37,310 nucleotides of DNA from Macrostomum lignano (lineage: Eukaryota): NCBI GenBank assembly GCA_002269645.1, contig NIVC01004711.1:1-37310 (forward strand), read 5' to 3'. Each line of letters starts with the position of its first letter. The stretch's first letter is position 1. A model generated the notes under the pieces. It was given only the letters and a program-made list of their open reading frames with translations, was not told the DNA's origin and searched no databases. Shown here in pieces: positions 23,673 through 34,197 of the stretch. Made by a program: the position numbers and the translations under genes.

Positions 23673-24416
23673 CACAAAACTGCCTTCCAAAGCTTAAACT
23701 GATCATTAATCAGATGGGCAGTCAGGCTGACAATTGACCACTTTCCCTTTATCAAAGTCTATTCATCGCTTGTGCAAGCAACAGTTTCACTATTGCCCAA
23801 AAGATTTCGCATATTCAAGTGGACATCTTTGTACAAAGCCAATACAACAATTTCCAGAAAATGTTGACGAATCGGGATTGAATAGTTTGGAGCCAAGAAG
23901 TGTAAAAGTTCTTGGAACCCTTGTTGTTCAACAAGGCTGAATGGCTGGTGGTCAATGGCTATCATCTTTCCTTTGAAATTAAATAGGAAAGGTACATATT
24001 TTGTGTGTATACAAGCATATTGCTGTTATAAAAACATGTTATACTTTTCACCAATTAGCCTCATGAACTATGACTGCATGTATACATGGTTTATTACACA
24101 TGTACATGCATCTACATACACATGTAGGTGTACAACTACATGTATATGTTGGATTTATTTGCTGCAAAGTGCAGGCTGCCAGATTAAAAAACTTGAGAAA
24201 AAACACCAATTAATTTAGTCAGATGAATGGCTTTAGGATGCTCTTCATCCCAAATTGCAGTTTGTTGTTGCAGTTGCTCAAGAGTAGGCTGAATCAACCT
24301 CTCTTTTTTGGGCAGCAGAAAGTCTCAATTCTCTTGCTAGATCTCCTTAGTAGCACATTTTCTTGATGATCTGTATAGGGCAGCCTCTTCCTGAGCATCA
24401 TGCAGCTTGCCATCAT

Positions 24417-25560
24417 GTACATGGCAATAGACAAATGGGTTCAGTCTGGTCGATAATTGTACATTAAGAGACAAAATTATAACAAATTATTTGGCCATCA
24501 CACAGAAACACATCATCATACATCACACATCACACGTGGCCATCACCATGTTTACTGGTCTCATGCTCAACTTTAATGCATTGTGCCCGCGCCAATGGAA
24601 GGCTGGTCTTGTCAGGTGCATGATGCACAGAGCATTTAGTATCTGTAGTACTTGGCAATCTTTCCACCAAGAAGTCGTCAAGCTCACTGACATTTTTCAA
24701 CATAATGGTTTCCCTAGGGGTTTTGTTGGTAAAGTGCTGAACAGATTTCTGACTAAGAAAATGACTGAGTCTAGTTTGACTGACGAAGATAAGAGGTCGA
24801 ATTTCAGTGATTTGTTGATCAAACTCCCATTCCTTGGAGTCCCATCCCTGAGTCTGGAAAAGAAGCTTAAAAGAACCTTCTTGAAGTATTTCAACTCTTG
24901 GGTCATGGTTGTGTTTCAGACTGCCAAAATTGGCCAGTTTGTTAGCAGGTTGAAGTCGAAGGCCCCTAGAGCTCTGTCTGCTGGTGTCATCTATCAATTT
25001 TGTTGCTCTGGTGATCAGAGCATTTCCTACATAGGAAAAACCAAAAGGCACCTGTACACTAGGGCTAGGGAGCATAGAATGAATAACTCTGCTGTGCATG
25101 ATCACTTGCTTAGTTGCAATGCTTGTTGTGAGCATGAGCCAACTGAGCTTTTCACTGTTTTGGATAGATGTAGATTTGATGGCAAGCTCAGAGTGCTGGA
25201 AGCCTTGCACATTAAGCATCATAGACCTAGTTTGAATACTCAGCTTGCAGGTGGAGGAGCCAGTTTACAGCTCAAGGTTTTCTAGGCTTGGTGTGGGTTT
25301 GATGCTCTCTCCCCGCCAATACTGTTTGCTCTGTGGTTGCATTTTCTGTGTGATGGCCAAATAATTTGTTATAATTTCGTCTCTTAATGTACAATTATTG
25401 ACCGGACTGAACCCATTTGTCTATTGCCATGTACAGTTTTTGATTTTCTCTATTTAAGTATACTGAACTGTGAATCATGAGTGCAAGCCCTGAAGATGAC
25501 CGCTTGTGTCGAAAGGCGTTGGCTATTATAATAATTTCTTATATGTTGGTGTTGGCCTTC
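24417..25560 (+). mobile_element. 5'-truncated Penelope-like retroelement (RT C-terminus + GIY-YIG endonuclease) with an inverted pLTR segment
   Basis: The ORF to 25285 reads FTGLMLNF..CPRQWKAGLVRCMMHRAFSICS (RT thumb), then GVIYQFCC..SYIGKTKRHLYTRAREH..SAVHDH..VLEALHIK..PSLNTQ (GIY-YIG). A 92-bp inverted repeat pairs 24417-24508 with 25343-25434. Confidence 0.93.
25486..25524 (+). ncRNA. Minimal type I hammerhead ribozyme in the Penelope pLTR
   Basis: The sequence is AGCC-CUGAAGA-U-GAC(CGCUUGU)GUC-GAAA-GGCG-UU-GGCU. It has both core boxes, stem I AGCC/GGCU, a 3-bp stem II and a minimal stem III. This location is typical of PLE hammerheads. Confidence 0.72.
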
Positions 25561-25991
25561 ATTTCTCTATGAAAATATGATATAAGATTTATATTTAACT
25601 TATATAGTTGTAAGTATTAGCAAGTTAGCTTTGCTGTGCTAATTATTGCAATAATCAAAACAGTTCAGTAAAAGTGCATTTAAATTCTTTAAAAATGGCA
25701 TTAGGTTTCAAAGTATTTATAGGGCCTACTAAAAGTTTTGCAAATAAAAATTTAAAGACAAATTATATACTCTAGAAGAAACTGCATACCTTCTATAGAT
25801 TTATATATTGTTTATTATTCAAATCGAAAAAGCAAATAATTAAAACAATATTTTATTTCTATAAGCATTCCATTTTATTTTAAAACTTTTTTGTTAACAT
25901 GTAGAATTTGACTACTTATTCAACTTATTGTAGATTGAAAGCACTTTTAAAACCATAACTGTCTCCGCAGCAATAATAATCGAATACAACA

Positions 25992-26255
25992 ATGAGCAGC
26001 ACCAAGCCAATGCTGCGCGGCCTCTACGCCGCCCAGGTTAGACGGCACGGCATTTTTTGGTTCCTGGTGCCAACTGCCATCTGCACCTACTACACCCTGG
26101 CCCATATTCTGCCGCGCCGTAAGGCCTACAAAGAGTACCACGCCAAGGTGCAGGACCTCGACCACCAGAAGGCGGTCTTCAAACGCATCTACGAGGCCGG
26201 CCTGTTCAAATCGGTTGATCGCGAGGGCAACATCTGCATTGATAAGTTCATCTAA
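25992..26255 (+). CDS. COX6C: Cytochrome c oxidase subunit 6C-like, 87 aa, single coding exon
   Basis: KPMLRGL..QVRRH, a hydrophobic helix, PRRKAYKEY and FKRIYEAGLFKSV parallel COX6C (KPRMRGLL..RLRNH..RKKAYADF..FEEMRKAGIFQSV). Confidence 0.88.
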   Translation: MSSTKPMLRGLYAAQVRRHGIFWFLVPTAICTYYTLAHILPRRKAYKEYHAKVQDLDHQKAVFKRIYEAGLFKSVDREGNICIDKFI

Positions 26256-26367
26256 ACAGGTGTCCGGCTGGGTGTGAGAGGTAGGTGTTATGATGTACAC
26301 AACTGATATATAATTTTGGATTTGCCGAGCGATTTCTTGGTATTATCACAGTACGCTAATATAAGCA

Positions 26368-26725
26368 CCCTCCCAGATCCTCAGTTTCTGGGCCAGCCTC
26401 CCAGATCCTCAGTTTCTGGGCCAGCCTCCCAGATCCTCAGTTTCTGGGCCAGCCTCCCAGATCCTCAGTTTCTGGGCCAGCCTCCCAGATCCTCAGCCTC
26501 CCAGATCCTCAGTGGGACAGCCTCCCAGATCCTCAGTTTCTGGGCCAGCCTCCCAGATCCTCAGTTTCTGGGCCAGCCTCCCAGATCCTCAGTTTCTGGG
26601 CCAGCCTCCCAGATCCTCAGTTTCTGGGCCAGCCTCCCAGATCCTCAGTTTCTGGGCCAGCCTCCCAGATCCTCAGTTTCTGGGCCAGCCTCCCAGATCC
26701 TCAGTTGCTGGGCCAGCCTCACAGA
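26368..26725. repeat. 28-bp minisatellite (CCTCCCAGATCCTCAGTTTCTGGGCCAG)n downstream of COX6C
   Basis: About 12 units, each with the inverted repeat CCCAGA-9nt-TCTGGG. Confidence 0.96.
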
Positions 26726-27399
26726 CCCTCAATAAATAGCTATGGAATTTTTTGTTTCCTAATCCAGTTGCATTGTTAAAATCTTTCTAACAATTCATTT
26801 CAGAGTTCTCCTGGCTCGACCCGTCGCTAGTTCTGACACCTCTCAGTGAACCATTGCAAACAAGACTCTAGAATAGTGTAACATTTAAAAACAGTTTTTT
26901 TGAACATTTAAACGCACTTTAATTCTCCATTGCCACCCCCAATATATAAAAAACAGTTAAATAAATCACTCTTTTAGTAGTATGTACTTGCGCATAAAAT
27001 AGTTATAGCTAGCATTAATGTAATTAACAAGCTAATCTTATTCAAATGAGTTCCAAAAGCCCCAACGCTGCCATCTATATAAACAAGTTCAGAACTTTAG
27101 AAAACGTGCACGTGATTAGCACAAAGCACGCTCGTTCACAAGACGGCAAAAATAAAAAAATTGTTTAACTCACAACAGCCCTTGTTTGATGCGAAGCTTA
27201 TTCTGTCAACTGTTTTTCTCTTCAATTATTTTTAAGTTTAAATTTAAAAAACGCTAGAAATTTTACTCATAGTAGACAGATAGCACTTTTTGAAAAATCA
27301 GTTTTTTAGTTAGCATTTAAAAAATTCTTAGTCAAGTAGTATCAGTAGCGTTTTTTTGTTAAATTAAAACCTGAAATTTTCTCGCCGTGTTTTTTTTTC

Positions 27400-30300
27400 A
27401 TGTCAAGCCGACGCACAGCAGCCGTGGCTTCGCCGGGATGGACTAGCGGTACCAATAATATTAGTAATAGTAGCAAAAATAGTAACGGTAATAATAGTAA
27501 TCTAATTGACGTCGCCGCTGGTGCAGCCGAGGCACCGTCGTCGACTTTGTCAGCTTCGACTGTTGCTTCGACATCACCTACTAGCGATAACAGAATGCAG
27601 CAGCAGCAGCAGGCGCCCAGCGGAGGCGCCGGCCACTCCAGCATCAGCATTAAAACTCCAACACTGGAAGCGGCAGACGCCAAGAAGAAGGAGCCAGAAG
27701 TGCTCATAGTGATGGGCTTCAATTTGGCTGGCAAATCTCCCGAATTCCTATTCACCACTGGCTGCTTGGGAGTGTTCATATTCTACTGCCTATACGGCTA
27801 CGTTATCGAATTGATATTTCGAACTGAAGGCGTCCGGCCTCATGGCACTTTTATCACTGCTGTGCAGTTCGGCTTCTATGTGCTGCTGGCCTGCGCTGAG
27901 CAGAGAGGCGGCCTGTCTATTGAGAAAGTCAGGACGTGAGTGTTGTTTAAGCTGCGAGCAAGTTTCGGGCTTGTGGGGTTTCAAGTTTGTGAAGGTTTCG
28001 AGTTTATTTGGTTTTGAATTTGTGAGGGTTCCAGCTTGTGAGGTTTCGAGCTTGTGAGGTTTCCAGCTCGTGTGGTTTCCAGCTTGTGAGGTTTCCAGCT
28101 TAGCTCGTGAGGTTTCCAACTCGTGAGGTTTCGAGCTTGTGAGGTTTCCAGCTTGTGAGGTTTCCAACTTGTGATGTTTCCAACTTGTGAGGTTTCCAGC
28201 TTCTGAGGTTTCGAGTTTGTGGAGTTTATGAAGTTGAACGAAAATTAAATAATATTGGCCTTCATAAGCATACGTTTTTGACCGTTTTTAGTCCTTGTAA
28301 AAGTGCGAAAATTCGATAAATACAGATGGTAATAAAATGTTTACTGAGCTACTTCAGAAGTATGTACATTTGATGCTATTTATAACTACTGTTTTGTGAC
28401 AAATCTCTTAGCTAAAATTTTTCCCAATTAATTTTTTATTCCCATAATTGGCTCGCAGAATCCCCTGGCGAACGTACGCGCTGTTGGGATTTCTCACCGT
28501 CACAACTATGGGAGCCAGCAATACGGCGCTGGGTTACCTGAGCTATCCTACTCAGGTGATTATGAAGTGCTGCAAACTGGTGCCAACTATGATTGGCGGC
28601 ATTCTGATACAGGGCCGGCGCTACAATATCTACGATGTATCAGCCATGTTCTGCATGATTTTTGGCTTGATTTGGTTCACCCTGGCTGACAGCAAGATAC
28701 AGCCCAACTTTGACCTGTTTGGTGAGCTGTGGCTTATTAATAAGTTCGAATATGAGACTGCCTTAGTTAATCCCCATCTGAAAGTGCCTTAGTTAATACC
28801 CATCTGAAAGTGCCTTAGTTAATCCCCATCTGAAAGTGCCTTAGTTAATCCCCATCTGAAAGTGCCTTAGTTAATCCCCATCTGAAAGTGCCTTAGTTAA
28901 TCCCCATCTGAAAGTGCCTTAGTTAATCCCCATCTGAAAGTGCCTTAGTTAATCCCCATCTGAAAGTGCCTTAGTTAATCCCCATCTGAAAGTGCCTTAG
29001 TTAATCCCCATCTGAAAGTGCCTTAGTTAATCCCCATCTGAAAGTGCCTTAGTTAATCCCCATCTGAAAGTGCCTTAGTTAATCCCCATCTGAAAGTGCC
29101 TTAGTTAATCCCCATCTGAAAGTGCCTTAGTTAATCCCCATCTGAAAGTGCCTTAGTTAATCCCCATCTGAAAGTGCCTTAGTTAATCCCCATCTGAAAG
29201 TGCCTTAGTTAATCCCCATCTGAAAGTGCCTTAGTTAATCCCCATCTGAAAGTGCCTTAGTTAATCCCCATCTGAAAGTGCCTTAGTTAATCCCCATCTG
29301 AAAGTGCCTTAGTTAATCCCCATCTGAAAGTGCTATTTCTAATCGTTTTCTAGAGTGAATGTCTTAATCCTCCCCAAGACTGATTCTTCTAATCCCCATT
29401 CAAAACTATTCGAAATGTTGTCACGCCTGATTGACTCCTCGAGTCAATAATATCAACATATTTCCATATAATCCTTCCTCTTGAAGTTAGAGTTCACTGT
29501 ATGCTTATTTTTGTACATTGTACGCGAAAAGTATTTTTTGGCTTGTATAGAGAGTCGCTCTTGCCCTAGCGACCCACAATGCAGTACTTTAAATATGTTC
29601 ATATAAAGAAGCCAGTGAGTGGAGAGAGGAGGAACTGAATATTCTAGGCTAGTCCCGATCGCTGCGGAAATCAATTTGGTTCAGTCAATCAATACGCGTG
29701 AGGGGGGTTTGGGGGGTGGCTGCGGATTTGCAGTAGCCCGTCTGCTGCTTTTTTTATCCGTGGATCCGTGCTAAGAAATTCTCAAAGCAGCAAGAGAAGC
29801 GCTAGGTAGACAGTAAAACAAAAGCCTTTTTGAGCTGGCGGCTTAGACTATGCAGCAGCAAAAGCAGACGACTGCTGATGAATCGATCCCGGACCTGCTG
29901 GACGCGATACGCCAGTGCCGCAAATCTACTTGCTTAGCGGCTATGCGCGATCTTCGCCGACTGTCCGGTCGTCCAGTTCCAGCCGGCGGTTTCGGCCGGC
30001 GAATCTCTTTAGCCGCTTCGGCCGGAGCTGACGGCCTGCTAGACGTCCTGCTGCCGTCCGCCGTGTCCGGCCGGGCGGCCCTCGACGACCTACTGGCGGA
30101 ATCGGCTCGTCGGAAATCTGGCGTCATTGATCGCGACGAGGCCGCTCGGAAACGGCGCTGCGTGTCGGAGCTCGCGTCGCGTTATTGTCGGCTGCTTCTG
30201 GACGAGGAGCGGCTGCTCTGTCGGTTGGCCGCGGAATTGGGGCGAAGGTCGCCTGAGATGTGCGGCAGGTTAACTGCTCAGCCGGCGTTTCAGGTGAGTT

Positions 30301-33300
30301 TATCGTTTAGTCTTATAGTCCTGCACAGCTGGAATCCTTTAGGGGCTGGAATATTCTACCCCTGAACTACCGGAGTTCCTGAAATCTACCCCTGAACTAC
30401 CGGAGTTCCTGAAATCTACCCCTAAACTACTGGAGTTCCTGAAATCTAGTCCTAAACTACCGGAGTTTCTGAAATCTACCCCTGAACTACTGGAGTTCCT
30501 GAAATCTAGTCCTAAACTACTGGAGTTTCTGAAATCTACCCCTGAACTACTGGAGTTCCTGAAATCTACCCCTGAACTACCGGAGTTTCTGAAGTCTACC
30601 CCTGAACTACTTGAACCAGTCAAGCCTATAATAAAACTGCTCAACTCTACTTAGTAACCAATAAAACCCATGCCATCAAAGCTACTCTTCAGCTGCCCAT
30701 TATAACAAATGCCCTAAAAATTTCAATACAGGAGTGCCTCAGACGCAGCCAGCTCCGAGCTGAGCCATCGGCCCGCCGGCCAAGCGACTCCGACTCGCTG
30801 CTCCACCGTCTGCTCCGCGGCGTTGCTCAAGCGGCCGAAGTAGCCGAGCTCACCATGAACCTGGACTCCAGCCTCTCTGTCGGCTCCGAACTGTATAGTC
30901 AGTTGGCCTGCCTAGGTCGTCAGCTCGAATCTGCCGAACGCGACAGCGATCGATTTCAGCCGCTGACCCCCGCCCAGCTGCAGCCGGCGCTGGCCTGGTG
31001 GCTGGACCGGGCGGTGTACGCAAGGGACCGGCGAGAGGTTGAACGGGAGTTTGCTGGAGACTGACTGGCTGGCAGATTATAGTTGGGGTGGGAGATGATT
31101 GTTCCTGACAGAATTTCCTGCTGTAGTATTATTTAGTCAATGTAATCACTATAGAACTAGAATTATTCTCTATTCGTATTTCTTTCATTTTAATTTAATT
31201 TATGATCGGCGGAAAAAGCCAATAAACCAATAAAATTTATCAATTAATGCTTCAACTGTTTACCTACGTAAATCGCAGTGTTGATATTCAGACTCCGGTG
31301 TTTTCTTTGGTATCCTGCTTGACTTCCTCTCTTTACCTTTAGTAAATTTAGAAAACTAAAACAGAAAAAAAGATATAGTGAGATTTTCTAAACTCTTCTG
31401 CATAATTGCCTCCTATCCTATCTAATCTTCACCGATTTTCCTCTCCTCACAACCTCTCCCCTAATCTCTCCCCTGTCACCTCTCCTTCTCTACTCTCCTC
31501 TGTCACCTCTCCTCTACTCTCCTCTGTCACCTCTCTCCCTTCTCTACTCTCCTCTGTCACCTCTCTCCCCTTCTCTACTCTCCTCTGTCACATCTCTCCC
31601 TTCTCTACTCTCCTCTGTCACCTCTCTCCCCTTCTCTACTCTCCTCTGTCACCTCTCTCCCTTCTCTACTCTCCTCTGTCACCTCTCTCCTCTTCTCTAC
31701 TCTCCTCTGTCACCTCTCTCCCCTTCTCTACTCTCCTCTGTCACCTCTCTCCCCTTCTCTACTCTTCTGTCACCTCTCTCCCCTTCTCTACTCTCTTCTG
31801 TCACCTCTCTCCCCTTCTCTACTCTTCTGTCACCTCTCTCCCCTTCTCTACTCTTCTGTCACCTCTCTCCCCTTTTCTACTCTCCTCTGTCCCCTCTCTC
31901 CCTTCTCTACTCTCCTCTGTCACCTCTCTCCCTTCTCTACTCTCCTCTGTCACCTCTCTCCCCTTCTCTACTCTCCTCTGTCACCTCTCTCCCCTTCTCT
32001 ACTCTTCTGTCACCTCTCTCCCCTTCTCTACTCTTCTGTCACCTCTCTCCCCTTCTCTACTCTCCTCTGTCACCTCTCTCCCCTTCTCTACTCTCCTCTG
32101 TCACCTCTCTCCCCTTCTCTACTCTTCTGTCACCTCTCTCCCCTTCTCTACTCTTCTGTCACCTCTCTATTCTCTACTCTTTCCTATCAACTCTCCTCTT
32201 TTCTACTCTCCCCTTCTCCTACCTACTGTCATCTCGCCCTATCTAATCTACCATTTGTCCTCTACTCTACTGCTCTATTCACCATCTCCCCTATGCTCAA
32301 ATTCCGTCATCTTTCTTTACCTTCCTTCCTCTCTGCACGCGCAAGTCTAATCCAGTCCTCCTACCCAGCGCTCCCTCTAATCGTTATCTCTGCTCACAAC
32401 ACTGGCAGGCGTATTCCTAATGAGCTTGGCCCTCTGCGCAGACGGAGCAATTGGCAATGTCCAGGAGCGAACGATGAAGGCCTATAATCACACTGCATCG
32501 GAGATGGTGAGTTACTATTTTGACTCTTCTTAGTCCTGCGTATTTGTCTTCTCTATTCTAATATAGGTTTGCTTTAATTTTTTGCAGATTTTGTACACCT
32601 TTCTAATTGGATTTGGCTACCTTATTCCCGGCCTGCTCGTCACCAACAAGCTCTTTGCCGGCTTGGCCTATGGAAATCAAGTGAGTTTTACCGTTTAGGA
32701 TTTCATAATTCCGTCTGCCATACCCCATCTGCCTTCCCGATACCGCATCTTCAAATCCCGATACCCCATCTGGCATCCCGATACCGCATCTTCAAATCCC
32801 GATACCCCATCTGGCATCCCGATACCGCATCTTCAAATCCCGATACCCCATCTGGCATCCCGATACCGCATCTTCAAATCCCGATACCCCATCTGCCTTC
32901 CCGATACCGCATCTTCAAATCCCGATACCCCATCTGCCTTCCCGATACCCCATCTGGCATCCCGATACCCCATCTGGCATCCCGGTACCCCATCTTCAAA
33001 TCCCGATACCCCATCTGCCATCCCGATACCCCATCTTCAAATCCCGATACCCCATCTGGCATCCCGGTACCCCATCTTCAAATCCCGATACCCCATCTGC
33101 CATCCCGATACCCCATCTTCAAATCCCGATACCCCATCTGGCATCCCGGTACCCCATCTTCAAATCCCGATACCGCATCTGCCATCCCGGTACCCCATCT
33201 TCGAATCCCGATACCCCATCTGCAACGCATTGGATGTATTCCATATCTGGTATGCCATCACTCACTCATTCGCCCCAAATATATAAGTTATAACTGATCT

Positions 33301-33929
33301 GTCTAAATGCATGAATTCATCTGGTTTGCAGCACGTGTGGCGCATCTACGGCTGCACATTCATCATGTCTATTACTGGTTACGTTGGCATGCAGTTCGTG
33401 TTGCTATTAGTGCAGTCCTATGGCGCTCTGCCGGCTGTTACTGGTGAATATCATTTTTAAACTATGAATTGTATTTTAAGTTATATTACAACTTTCGTAG
33501 TTATCATAATTTAATTTTAATTTTAGTAACCACATGCAGAAAAGCGGTCACTATTGTGCTGTCGTTTTTCTTCTTTTCAAAGCCGTTCACTGTGCAGTAA
33601 GTAGCTGAAGTATGTTATTTTGCAAGATAGATAGATAGATAGTAGATAGCGAGAAAGAGCGAGCGAAGCGAGCTCTTTCGAGCTTGCTTGCCGCAGCCAA
33701 TCAAGCTGAATACACGCACACAAGATCACCGGAAACGATTAAGGCAGCTGGAAAGCCAATGGGCGCGGTAAGCGCTTTTATCCAGAGGAACTACCTGCTG
33801 GAACCAGCCTGCCGTTCAAAAATCAGACTACTCAAGTAGTGCAAAAGAGTGCGAGCAACTACCGAGAAATCTAATTTTCGTAACCGCTCCGGTGCAGGTC
33901 CTGGCGATAGCTGAAGTATGTTATTTTGC

Positions 33930-33992
<63 letters not shown>

Positions 33993-34010
33993 GTAGATAG
34001 ATAGATACAT

Positions 34011-34097
<87 letters not shown>

Positions 34098-34098
34098 G

Positions 34099-34149
<51 letters not shown>

Positions 34150-34150
34150 G

Positions 34151-34197
<47 letters not shown>

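Larger units (their letters stand above)
20400..24416 (-). pseudogene. Decayed hAT (ZBED1/ZBED4-like) transposase with at least one intron, split by two MITEs
   Basis: Motifs occur in order on the minus strand: QPTLEQ..WDEEHPKAIHLTKLI-G|KMIAIDHQPFSLVEQQGF (intron 24206-23971, GT-AG), SLTAHLINDQFKLWKAVLCNKPIYRASTGENIASAL (in frame once the MITE and one TSD are removed), VIMDKGSSV, HFSKSPKA, STVLDPHY, and *WSINQFKYPQLANI (dimerisation domain, about 20450-20510). There are multiple stops. Confidence 0.9.

Noticed and set aside
24530-25222. 230-aa antisense ORF opposite the Penelope ORF
   Set aside because: No recognisable motifs. It is most likely a shadow ORF of the sense coding sequence.
28758-29333. 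CRISPR-like repeats (also 13365-14365 and 26368-26725, which have palindromic 26-34-bp units)
   Set aside because: Units are directly head-to-tail with no unique spacers, there are no cas genes, and the context is eukaryotic.
29850-31064. Faint resemblance of the nested protein to FANCF (SARRKSGV vs LARRRSAV; RFQPL vs RFQSL)
   Set aside because: These are two short matches in low-complexity helical sequence, and the length and N-terminal motif disagree. No symbol was assigned without a profile search.
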